A stretch of 63,939 bases of DNA, the filler included, from Pelomyxa schiedti (lineage: Eukaryota; Protista; Evosea), in the NCBI GenBank assembly GCA_020536535.1. It is 6 parts of 6 records of this genome, joined end to end, with 100 filler letters (N's around TTAATTAATTAA, not from the genome) between each part and the next. Parts side by side here need not be neighbours in the genome. Positions count along the whole stretch, not along the records: positions 25,221 to 51,528 come from JAHLWZ010000008.1; 5 more parts are not named here. One strand, 5' to 3'. Shown here piece by piece: positions 33,372 to 45,335 of the stretch. A model generated the notes under the pieces. That model worked only from the letters and a program-made list of their open reading frames with translations. It made no database searches and was not told the origin of the DNA. Within the stretch, counting starts at the first letter, position 1. Every line of letters begins with the position of its first letter. The position numbers and the translations under genes were made by a program.

Positions 33372-36300
33372 TCACAGGCCAGAGCTGATGCTTGTGTCTG
33401 TGGTTGGTGGTGTGGCTATACTTGTTGTGGTGGAGTTCAATGCATCCCTCTGCTTCCTCAGGGCCTCATTCTCCTTGCGGATTCTCTCCAGCTGTAATTC
33501 AACACTGGAGAGCTCCCTGGCTTTGGCCTCCGTCCTGCGGGACTCCAGAGTGACTGCACTGTCCACGGTCGACTGTACTTTGTGTGCCTGTGACTGCTCC
33601 TCTGCTTCCTTCTGCTTTCTTAGTGCCGCTCTTTCTTTAGCCCGGCGCTCTTTGGCTACTGTTTTGTCTATCAGTGCCTTTTTGTGTGTTAGTGAGTGTA
33701 CTTATGTTTGTAAATGTAATAACTAATAAAATTTATGTTGTACCTGCTGGCGAATTTTCTCAGCTTCTAGCTTGGCTTTTTCAACAAGGTCATTGGCTTC
33801 CTGCTCTCTTCTCTCAATTTGTTCTTGAAGACCTTTCTCTTTCCGTGATGCTTCTTCAGCTGCCCTCCTTGGGAAAATGTTAGAGGAGGAAAAATAAAGG
33901 GAGAAGCCAAACGCGGAATCTTGTGCCTGGTCTGCTACTCGCTCCGCTCTTTTGGCGTGCTTTCTAAGTCTCTTTTGCTCCTCAGTTTCAGTTTTCTGTT
34001 TATAGGTTTTTAGCATGGAGTAGTATAAAGCAATGCATACTTTCTTCGATGTCTTGGCTGCCACAAGTCTTTCAGCATTTTTCAATGTTTGTTCCAGTAA
34101 TCTCTTGTGGTCATTTGCGCGTGATACTTCTTCACCAACCGCCGTCAGCCTAGTGAAGTGAGATGCTAGTCGTTTCGGTTGATTACATACTTGCTTTGGG
34201 AACGGGCAGCCTCATTTGCTGCAGCATCTCGTTTAGCAACTTCAGCATCGGCAAGAGCTTTGGTGTTATTTAGTCTATCTTCCGCATCTTTCACCTGGAG
34301 AACGTTACTCGACATATTTTTTGGGAATTCCTACATCAGCCACAGCAGCATTTTTGGCAGCCACCACTCTGGCCTTTTGTTGATTTTGGTGTCTCATTTG
34401 TGCATCAATAGAGGCCTACTTTGAGGTGAGTATTTTAACGTAGTAGGCATTTTACTTTCGTTGTTGCCTCGGTTGCGGACACAACTGCTGATGCCTCTAC
34501 TTCCCGATCCTCCTTTTCCGCAATTACAGAGTCTTTTTCATTCTATTTGAGTGTTAAAGGCAAAGGTTACTTTAATTCGCTCACAGCCAAATTTGAGGTA
34601 AGAGTCTTAAGTCCCGCCACAGCATTTTCCACTGCATTGGCTTGTGCCACGGCAATCTCTCGTTCCCTTTGCTTCGCCCTGTCGAGAATATTAATTGAAT
34701 ATAAGGAAATTTTGAACACTACTGGAGGGTGTATTCTGCATTTGCTCTTTCTCGGTCTGCCTCTTCGTTGTCTAGCATTGCGCGCCGAAGATCACGTTGA
34801 GCATTAGCTGCTTCTTGTTCCTGTGCTTATTTAAGACTAGAAAAGTGGATAAAATACAAACCAATTGCCTCTGCTTTTCAGTGAGTTCTTGCTTCTCAGT
34901 GGATGCATGTTCCATCTCAGACTGTGCTTCCTTAAGAAGGTTCATTTGTTCTTCCTTCTTTCGTTTGGCTTCCAGAAATTCTTTTCGCCGCTCCACAGTT
35001 TCAATTGTAAGAGCATTTGCCTCACTTGGGTTTGTAAGGTATGTATTCTAGATTTGAAAGTGGAATACATTTGGGTTGTACGTGCATCCAGTTGCGCAGT
35101 GGCAGCAGCAGTAGCAATTTCAACGTGTTCTGCATTGACTTGTGCAGTTGCAGTTTGTATGACTCTAAGTTCTTGCTCTTGCCTGGCAAGTTGTAACTGC
35201 AGTTCTATAGCTGCTTTTTGTTTTGTGTTTTGAACCTGGAAGCCTATTAGCATGAGGTAGTTGCGTGGAACCGTTCCGTACCTCAAACTCGTGATCGTGG
35301 ATTGCATCAATCAACTCATCAGTCTTCGCCTCCACCTCTCCCTCAAGAACAACTCTAGTTAAAATGAGTGGGTTGTGTTGAAGGAATTTGTATATTGTAC
35401 TTGCGGTTTGTTTCCACTGCTATTTGACTTTGGAGGTGCTCACGCAGTTCCATTTTTTCTTCATGTGTAATTTCAAGACTATGGATCTCGTTTTGCACAA
35501 GACGGGTTTGAAATGAGAGCTACAATTTACAAGTGTAAGAACAAAAAAAGACAGAAAACTTTCGAAACCTCATCAATGTGTTGCTCCCTTCTGTTGGTAT
35601 CAACATCAAGAACTTTGGTTTTCGTGCTAATTCGTCTAGCCTCATCTCGCAGTTTTGAATCCTCGTCATTCATGGATGTCAACTGGCTGAGCATTTCTTC
35701 AATAGACTTCTTCACAGCTGTTGTCTCACGTTTATGCATTACTAGAAGATTAGATGCTTCAGTTTGTCGCTCTTTGAGATCAGATTTTATCTCTGTAAGA
35801 ACATGGACTTCCTGATGGAAGATGAGCAAAATATATCAAACAATACTTCCATACTTCTGTTGTATTTTTCAGTTTATCTTCAAGGCCAGGGAGGTCCACT
35901 TGGCTAAGTTCAGCTTCAATTCTGTTCTCCATACGGTTAAAGTGCCTTTGTTCTTTAGTCATCTTGGATTCAATGTGTCTGATATTGTCTTCCAGTCTGT
36001 GAAGAACTAAGTAACAATTAATTGAAGCAGAGCGTACTGTAGTTGTTCTGTTTTGGCTCTTCGTATGTCAGCATAGGTAGTATCTTTAGCATGGGAAATT
36101 TCAGCCTGTGAGGGAAGTGAAAAGCGCGGAAATATGTAAGGAAAACAGAAAGAAAAAAAATGTAATTAAGTTTACCTGTTGATCACGAAGTCGCCGATTT
36201 TCTACTTGTGTTTCAGCCGAACGTGTCTGTAACTCTTGGTTGGAGAGGTGCTTCACAGCGTCTCTTTTTTCTTTTTCAGCTTGGGCAAGAGCAAGCTGCT

Positions 36301-38906
36301 GCTGATATTTTTCTTTCTGTGGTACAGAGTTGAGAAAAACCAAAGTAGGAAGACTGAAGTATTACTTCTCTTTGGAAAGTATCTTGCTGTCTGACAATTT
36401 TGTTCTCGAGGTGTGTAATATTCTCTTCTTTCCGTTTTAGCTCAACTTCGGCTTTTCTCTCCTCCACTTTTAACTTGAAATCTAAGTCGTCTCGTTCCTT
36501 GGTCGTTTTTATCAGTTTTTCTGTATACTATCAGCACTCAATTGGCAGTACAAAGAAATACCTTTGGCTTTCATTTCTGCTTTAGTTGTTGGCGTTGGCG
36601 TTTGGTGGAAAACAGTTGGAAAAACAAATGTCTTGTGTTTTGGTGTTTTGTGGCTTCTGGGTTTTTTGTTGTTTTTTTGGGTTTTTTTTCTTTTTCTGTT
36701 TTGATCTTTGTTGCCAGTTTGTTGATTTCCTTAATCTTCTTTTTCTCTTCTTTTGTAAGTGGAGGTGGTTCATCTTCTTTCGGTTTTGGAGGCGACACGA
36801 CTCTTGGAGGTGGAAGGACTGGCTCCAGTATGGGTTGAGGTGCTTCTGGAGGGGGCACAGGTGTGAGGTCCGGCTTAATGGGCTCTGGCTCTGGATCCTT
36901 TGGGGTTGGAATTGGCTCTACAGGAGCTGGCTCTGGTTCTACAACTTTTGGTTTGATTATCTCCATTGAGGGGTACTTCGAAAAAAGATTGGCTACAAAG
37001 GCAAAGTTGAGATTTTCTACTCCCTAGGGAAGAGTAAGACTTTTATTTGCATGGCTGGAGAAACCTCTAATATCGCACTCTCATTGATAAAAAGTCTGCA
37101 ACCAATCTTATCAGCTTCTGCAAGACACAAGCTGGCACGCTGCTTAGTATCTCTCTCATCCAAAGGCTTGAGTGAACACTTGGCTGGCTCCAACTGGTTC
37201 AATAAAATCACATATTTCACACTGTCCTAGTATGAAGTTACATCATTAGAAAAATTGTGGTACTGCAGACCATTATGTCAGATGTGAAATTGGTTATTTT
37301 ATTGGGATGGCCTGCTTTTGTCAAATGGTGGTTGAACCTAGAAGTGTTAAAAAAAAAAATTTAATCAAATTCCATTGTCTACCAACGAAGTAAAATTTCT
37401 TCTTCGTGGAGTGCAGTTACTACTTGATCTTGTGTGTCTTGGTCCTCCACAAGGATTCCCCAGTCCCTGTTCTCAAGAGTAACTTTGACCATTCTTCTAA
37501 GATCATACTTTTTACAGAGAGTTAAAAAGAAACAGGTAAGGGGTGTTGAAACATACAGCTACGAGTTGCCACAAGAAGGCCAGAATCAAATATTTGGGCT
37601 GAGGACTGGGTCAGGATGTTTTATTAGGTAAAACAGTCTGCACACCTTGCCTGCCGCTAAGTCTGCTGGAGAAATCGCACTTTCCATATGACAAAATACA
37701 CGAGCTGCCTTTAGCACTCTGTTGCAATTCTCAATCATATGTATTTGATTCATCCCAGGTTTTACAACAAGTCGCTTTACAGTTGGGTCCTCAGGAGTAA
37801 AAGTGTTTATAAATTTCCTAATTAAGATTAATAAAAGGAATGGGATATGTTTATATACCCCAGTAGGACACCATCTCGCACACACTCAAAAATGTCATCA
37901 GTATCTAATTTTATGGGCAAGTGTGCAAATGGTAAGGTGGAATTCCTATTATGGTATTAATTATATTTGCAAAATGAAGGGGAAAATCACGTGAGGTCAA
38001 CATCACTGGACAAGACAGCATTCAAATGTGCAACTATGCCAGCTTGTTCCTCTAAAGAGTATCTTTTTTTTTCCCCTTAGGAGGAAAGAAATAAATAGAC
38101 CCAACTTACGTATGCACAGCACCAGAAGAGTCTTCTGAAACTATCAGTGTCTGGCTTTTACCACTGCTAGTAGTGGTAGTTGTCACTGAAGAAGATGAGC
38201 CAGTGGAAGAGAGGCTGGTGGTGGAGGATGTCAGCTGCGGTCTATCTGGGGCACCAGACGCTCCCACAGCAGAGGGTGTTACCTTCGAGTCGTCTCCACT
38301 ACCGCTTCCGCTTCCCTTCGCGTCCGCGTCTGCCTCTGCATCAGCGCCGCCAAAACTGTTGCTACTGGTCACCAGCTTCCCGCCCCTCGCTTCGTCCCCC
38401 ACTTCCCGCGAAGCGTCGCCGGGCTCTCCCGCGCCGCCCTTGTCCCCCCCCTGCGCTGCGGTCTTCTTCCCCCCGTCCATGCTTTCCTTCCTGTGGTGGT
38501 GCCTGTGGTGGTGCTCCCGCTTGTCGCCGCCGCTCCTGTGGTGCCCCTTTGACGATGACGATGACTTGGCTGAAGACGTGGAAGGCGACGAGAGCTCACC
38601 GCCGTCGGCGCCATTAACATTTGCCTCCTTACTACTAGTAGGAGTTGCACCACTCTCCGTTTGGGCTTGTTTTTGCTGTTGGTCGATTGCTTGTTGTACG
38701 AGTGCTGCGGACGCTGCGGCGATCGTGGCCATCGTGGCCGCCACGTCGGCTACGACGTTTACGGCGTGGCTGCTGTGGCGATGTTTTTTGCTGGCGTCGT
38801 GCGACGACGCGTGTTTTGAGGACGAGGACGGGCCGAATTGCTTGATCTTGGACGTTACGTCGCCGGTTGCGATGAGATCTGCGGTCGTAGTTGCGGCTCC
38901 GGACAT
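33372..38906 (-). CDS. Fimbrin/plastin-type calponin-homology actin-binding domain + Pro-rich linker + long coiled coil, multi-exon
   Basis: EEILLRW|FNHHLTKAGHPNKITNFTSDI..YVILLNQLEPAKC..RASLCLAEADKIGCRLFI..|NLNFAFVANLF; many downstream E/K/Q/A heptad-rich exons; frame disrupted by a 105-bp element at 36585. Confidence 0.72.
36585..36689 (-). mobile_element. 105-bp A/C-rich dispersed element, copy 1, within a coding exon
   Basis: Near-identical to the reverse complement of about 41650-41757; no GT donor before it on the coding strand. Confidence 0.55.
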
Positions 38907-39647
38907 CGCGGCTTTTTTTTTTGTTGTTTCTTTTGGTTCTGTGCCGCTTACGTGGGTGTTGTGTGGCAGTTGGTTGTTGTTGCTGTGGTCGGGTTCCTCT
39001 GTTATTGTTTGTCGGTGTCGCCCGCAAGTGTATCGCGTCGTATCACCCTCGATTTATTATTTTCCTCTTTGAAGTTCGTTTTTCGTTCGCTTGTGGGTTT
39101 TCAAGTGAAAGGCCGTAGACCAGGAAAGGAGTATCAGGCACTGACTCGAGATCAACGGCAAGGAACGGGCCCCAAAAGCAGGTGTTTTAGTGGTGGTACC
39201 GGAGTGTTTCTGCCCACGTGTTGTTGGGCACTACTGAGATCTGGCAAACAACTCAACAGAACCCTTTTTTTAGCCTGCTGTGGGATCCGCGAATTCTCCT
39301 TCTGAGACTTGCGGCCCTAAAAAAGAACAAAAAACACCAAACGCGAATGCACGTTAGGACCAACACAGCACGCAGGAAATAACGTCAAACGAAAAACGAG
39401 AACGAACCCCCAAATCGAGGTTAGTACTCTTCTATTCAATACGCACACGCCCACAACGATGGTCGGTCGTCACGATCGGCGTTGACCCAACTTGGTGGGT
39501 GTTTGGTGGATTGGTGGTTATGGGATCGTGCGCTTCTGTTTTTCCGTTTTTTTTGTGGTTTTTTGCTTTTTGTGTTTTTGTTTTTTCTTTTTGCTTCAGT
39601 ATTGTTTTTTCTTTTATCATTTATTACTTCAAAGGGGATGATCATTA

Positions 39648-42067
39648 CTATTCAGCACAGGCCCTGCGTGATGATTCTGTGATTATTACACACTGTAAGG
39701 AACGTCGATGATGAGGTTGACGACTACTACTATTATTGGCACGGACAGAGGTGGGTGATTGGTATGATGAGGCTGAGGATCCGGTTCCAATGACAGTGGA
39801 CCTTGGTGCATTCTTATTCACAGGCTTGGTGCTAGTAGTAGTACTAGAGCTGATTGCGTTCAATGCGGAGGGTGGGGAGTGCATGCCGAGTATCGGGGAT
39901 GACAGTGATGAGAATGGTGTTTGGGGGGATGATGGGGACTGGGGTGGTGTTGGTTGCCGGGGTGAGATTGGCTGTTGTTGGTTTTGATAGTGTTGGTGTT
40001 GGTATCGCTGCGGAGAGTGCGGCAGTGGTTGGAGTAGACATGGAAGCTCGGCTTGGTGCTGATTGGGAACCTTCTTTTGTTGACTGTTGTACAGTGCGGT
40101 GCTGGCATCCACTAGGTGGTTGAATGACATTGGAATTGATTCAGACGGGGCGAGGAGGTGTTGTGGGGCAAAACCGGCATGCGGAACCGAGAAGGAAGAA
40201 TGTTGTTGAGATGTGGGTGAACCTAAGGAGGGGTGCGGTGGTGGGGGAGGAAGGCTGATAGGAAAAGAGGTGAGGGGTGCATCAGCGTTGTTCTGCGGGT
40301 TTCTTTGTTTCCGGCACTTCTTTTTGATTGGCGCTTGTGCTTCCGGCTCTGTATTCTTAGTTGTTGCTGGTACGACTACTCCCTAGAAAAGTACTGAGAA
40401 AGAGCAAGGTTGTGAAGTGGCGTACAACTTGCTTAGTCTTGCTCCCTGTCGATTTCCTTGTCCTGGTAGGTTTACGCTGTGCCTTTTCCGGTTTGTATTC
40501 TTCTGTAATTCTTTCCGGAAATCCTAAAGCACAATTAATAGGAGATTTCCAGCAGTTCGGTACTTCACCCGACTTTCTAGGTACTTCTGGATACATAAAT
40601 CCCCATGACATTATTGATGTGCTAGGTGTATCGAGAGGAATAGATGTGGCTACTGGTGCGTCAATTTGCTTTGCTATTGTTTTAGTAGTTGACGTAACGC
40701 TTGTTGTGTTTAACTGTGGCGCAGGTTCTCCTTCCATCAAGAGCGGGTGAGGGGTGTGTGTATGATCTGAACTTGGACTACTTGGCTCTGGTGGGGTACT
40801 TGGTTCTGAGTTTGGAAGATATTGTACTTCTACTGGATAAGGTACGTAGACCACTCCACCGGGTTGGTACCACGGTGGGTAGGTAGAATTAGGGGAACTG
40901 TGATCTGATGATGACTCCTGGTCACTGGAGGAACCCGAGCAGACGGAAGCAGGTGGGTAAATAAGGTAAGGCTGGAAAACCGCTGGTGCTTTGTCTGCAT
41001 GAGATGGCATGTAAGCAAGACATACTCCACCCATTCCACTATCTTTGCCGGGGATTGAAGAAGGCACAGGCGGCGCTCCGCTTTTGGGATTAGTACTTGC
41101 AGTGGTACTTTCAGAGCTTTTCTTTGTATGAACTGAAGGAGGAACTGCCGCCGCACTTGGTTTTTCAGGTGTGTTTTCATCATTGTCGTCGTCTTCATCA
41201 TCAGTTGATGAAGATTCATCAGAGCCAGATGATTCAGACTGTTTTTGTGACTGCGGCGATTCAGACTCATAAGAATTCTCGCGGCGCCACTCTCGGAATA
41301 GAGCATAGCGCAGCCTATCATAGACTAACCCCTTCAGGAATTTCTTGACCTCAAATGTAGTGACATCAGGTGAGTTTGCGAGCTTGGTGACTTTTTCTTC
41401 TACAGCTTCCATCTGGGAATTGTTAAACATCTTCGAACCTGCCACAAAGTCAGACAAGAAATGAAAGAACTCGAATCAATGACAACCTCTTCCCTTTAGT
41501 CTGGTGAGAGAATAGTAGTGATGAAACAATTGTGAAAATTCTTGCACGGAAAACAAGTTGAGAAATATTCTAGCCTGAGGTGCAGTATACTCATCCACCT
41601 TTGTCTGATTAAATCGCTCCTTCACTTCCATTAGTCCAAAAATCCCAACCAAAAAAAAAAACCCAAAAAACAACAAAAAACCCACAAGCCACAAAACACC
41701 AAAACACAAGACATTTGTTTTTCCAACTGTTTTCCACCAAACGCCAACGCCAACAACAAGGCAGGGTAATTACGCCAGGTTGATTTTCCAGGCGAAAAAA
41801 AAAAAACCAACAGACGAAACCAACGACTAGCGCAAACAACATCCCATAAGCACGTGCCTTGAGGAACTGCCACCAAAGGACCTCGGAGTGCTTCCAAGCT
41901 CCTCTTTGCGGCATGTTTTTTTTTTGCAACACTTTGATCAGTTTGTTTTTCGGCACATTCCCATGTCCAGTCTTTCTTTTTTGGATATTATCACCCCAAC
42001 GGAAATTAAATAAGGAAAGTAGTGGTAGGTTCCTGTGCTTTGAGAGATATGTGAGAATGGAACACAC
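39648..42067 (-). CDS. Hypothetical multi-exon S/P/T-rich protein with basic NLS-like patch
   Basis: ORFs 41609-42067, 40357-41457 and 39648-40130 joinable by GT-AG introns; KKKCRKQR motif; no known domain recognised. Confidence 0.45.
41650..41806 (+). mobile_element. Dispersed element, copy 2, extended by a small hairpin and A12 tail
   Basis: Same core as 36585-36689 plus ..CGCCAGGTTGATTTTCCAGGCG-A12; bounded by A11 and A12 runs. Confidence 0.5.
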
Positions 42068-42165
42068 CTAAGGTGCTTGTGTTGTTGTCTTATTGTTTAA
42101 ATACTAGGGTTATTACCGGCATCACCTAAGCGGGCAATTGCTATCTGAAATACAAGCACCACTTT

Positions 42166-45100
42166 CTAGGTATCTTGTATTGGTGTGTTTTCGTTGGAGT
42201 CTGGTGACTGTGCTGAGGGATGTGTGGGATTTGTTGTTTTTGGTGTTGCTGGTGGTATTGTTGTGTTTGCGGTAGTTGTGGGAGTTGATTCCGTTGTTTG
42301 TGTAGTGTTGGATTCTGTTGGAGAGGGGGAATGCGGTGTTAATTCTGTTGTTTCGGTGGTGAGAGGTGTGTGTGTTGGTGTAGATGTTGCGGAAACCGGA
42401 GTGAGTTTCCCACCTACAAATGTCATTGCCGTGGAGCTCCGCCGCATGAAGTCAATGATAACAATGGATACGTTGTCACCACTAGCGTTCACGAGAGCGG
42501 TTTTTCGGAGCTCAAGTGCGGCAATTATTGGGTTCACGGATTTATGCACAATGCTGGCCACTTCTTCTTCCCTGGAAGACATTAGAAAAATGAGCAAGTG
42601 CTAGAAGGAAAACTTACGGAACGAAGTCCCACAGTCCGTCGCAAGCCATAACTAACCAACGGGACTTCGCAGGGTCATTCACTGGAAAAGTAGCTATGTG
42701 TGGCTCACATCGAAGGAATGTAGAAAGCTCTCTGTCCCCTATTGGAAAATGGCAATGAGCAACGCAACCAAATTTTTAGAAAAACGAAATACCAAATGCT
42801 CGTGTTAAAGTCAGTTGTGTGTTAACCCGCAAAACTGATTTTCCACCTTCCACTGCCTCAGTTATTTGTCCGCCATGTTGTTTGACATATTCAGCCTCCT
42901 GATATGAATGTTAGCGATAAAGAACCGTTTTAAGAACAACCAAAGGGTCATCAGGGCGGTGGTCGACAGATAGTCTTTGGAAAGTCTTGTCGGTATTTAC
43001 AAGTATGGCTCTACTGTCACCAACATTGGCAATGTAACTAAAATTCGAGATTACTTCCACAACTCAGGTTTTATTGGATTACCCAGTATCTTTCCGCAGA
43101 AGGGCAACTAGGGCAGTGGAACCTCCCGTTATTATTTCGTCCTCAAGTAGTGCTGAATTTACTTCCATGAATGATGTCTGAAGTAAAAGGAGTTAACTGG
43201 GATATGAGAACAAGAAGTGCAACATGCAAAATTTTGTGAATGTCTTCGCTGGTGTCAAGGGATTTGCAAATTTCTTTATCAAGGAGGTCTGCGATATATG
43301 CAGCTGCCTATTGTGCCTGGTAAGAAAATAACCATGGTGCTAAATTTACCATCGAACCATTGTGGCCATCATATAAACCAATCAGGTCATCTTCCTGGTT
43401 ATCTCGGTAGCCTCCAATTATAGTTACAACATCTATGGCAATTGAGCAAATAGGTGTGCAAAAAATTTGTGTCCCACCTTCCATTCTTGCTCTTCTTCCC
43501 TTCGTGTCAACAAATGCAATATGGAACCGAGCTGATGGTTTCAACTTTCCCTTGAAGCTCTAGTAATTTAACATTAAAATGGGGTAACGAATGCAAGCCA
43601 TACATGGTCACTGCTATAAAAATCAGATGGCCAAGTCGGCTTGAGGAATGCACAGTGAGAATCAGGGGGCTTATTTACATCAATTTCCATCACAAAGCTA
43701 CTGCTCTTGGTAAGAGTTTTTGTGTTGGCTACAGGAGAGGAGGTTTTCAGGTCCCTCGGTGATTTTTGGAGTGTGGGTTCAGTGGTAGATGTTGTGGATA
43801 CAGATGTTTTTGTTGTTGTGGATGTGGATGTGGTTGTCGTTGTCGTTGGTGGTTCTGCAGTTGAGGCACCGAGGCTTTTTTTGGGGGTAGGGGTCTTTCC
43901 CCTTACGGGGGATCCTTCACTATCAGATAGACTCATCGAACGAGATCGGGACTTCTTTCTTCTCAGAGAAGAAACAAAAGCAGCAAACCTGGCAAATCCT
44001 GAGGGTTTTGGCTTCCTTGCAGGCTCTGACATTCCCATACCCATTGTGCTGCTATCTGGAGGTGCTGGTGAGAAGAATTCCGGGTCGGGAGTGGAAGCAG
44101 AGCCACGCCTAGCAGATACACAAGTGGCGGTTGTGGTGCTTGTAATTGTTGGTAATGGTGGTGTAGTGCCAGAGTTTGTAGTGATCATAGGAAGCGGTGG
44201 GGATGTAGTCTCAGTCCTGAGAGCAGTTCCCTTCACAGGCGCAGGGTTCCTCCTGTTGTTTGCCCTGTGCCTTCCCCCACCACTTCTGCCACCAGCTCCC
44301 CCTCCCCCCTCCATATCAGCAGAATATCCCATCGCCAGAGGAGAAAAAGCACTAGTTACAGGCACCGACGCCGGGCCGTTGAAGAACACGCTATCAGGAC
44401 CACCAGCAGAGGAAGCAGGATATGAGCCATTTACGTCATCGTCATCATCATCATCAGCATCATCACCCGAAGATACCTCGTCGTCGCCAGTGTCCCGCTT
44501 CGCGGAAGCCGAGGCCGACGCCGAGGCGGCGCGGGAGACGGGCACGGGGGGCGTGAAGCGGCGCACGATCGGGAGCGGCGGGTGGGCCCGCGGCGACGGC
44601 GACGCCGACACGGCGCGCACTGCGACGGTGGGCGGAGGCGGCACCCAGATGATGTTGCCCTGGTCGTCCAGGACCAGCGGGACGCCGTTGTAGAAGGCGT
44701 CCCTCCTGGGCCTCCCTGTACTTATGGGAACCCTCCGTACCGGAGCCGCCTCCTGCTGTGTTGGTGCTTTTGCTTGTGTTTCCGGTGATGATTCTGGTTG
44801 TGACTGCGACTGCGTTTGTGTATGTGGCTCTTGTAGTTGCGTTTGTGTCTGTGTTTCTGGTTGTGTCTGTGTTGGTAGTTCTGGTTGAGTCAGTGTTTGT
44901 GGCTCTGGTTCTGGTTGTGATAGTAATTTCGAATGTGAAGGTTGTTCGCAAGCGGTCGAGGGTGTGGTTGTTGTGCAGTTGCTCTCCGAGCTTGCGTCAC
45001 CGGAGTTGGTTACGTCATCGGGGCTCCGAGACTGTGTCCCACCCGTGTCCGAAGCGTCGGAGTGCGGCGGGGGGTCCGTCGTTCCGGTCACCGGTGCATC

Positions 45101-45193
45101 CGCCGCCGTCGGCGTCGAGGTGGACGTGTGTGGCTCGGCTGTAGCGTCCGCGGCGATTATGGGTGGCTGCTGTGGATCTGTAGTTGCGCTCAT
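42166..45193 (-). CDS. Protein phosphatase 2C (PPM family) with about 540-aa disordered N-terminus, multi-exon
   Basis: GRRARME|DVV..GLYDGHNG; YIANVGDSRAIL; LSVDHRP; LVMACDGLWD; SGDNVSIVIIDF; metal-binding Asp residues present. Confidence 0.88.
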
Positions 45194-45335
45194 CCGGGGG
45201 TTGGTGTCGTTGCGGTGATGTGCGGGTGTGGCTGCGGTGACGTTTTTTGATTTATTTGAATGAACAAAAATAAGGCAATCTATTATCGTCTAACGACCCT
45301 TTTTCGTGGATTCATGTCTTTTCGTAGCTTTGGAT

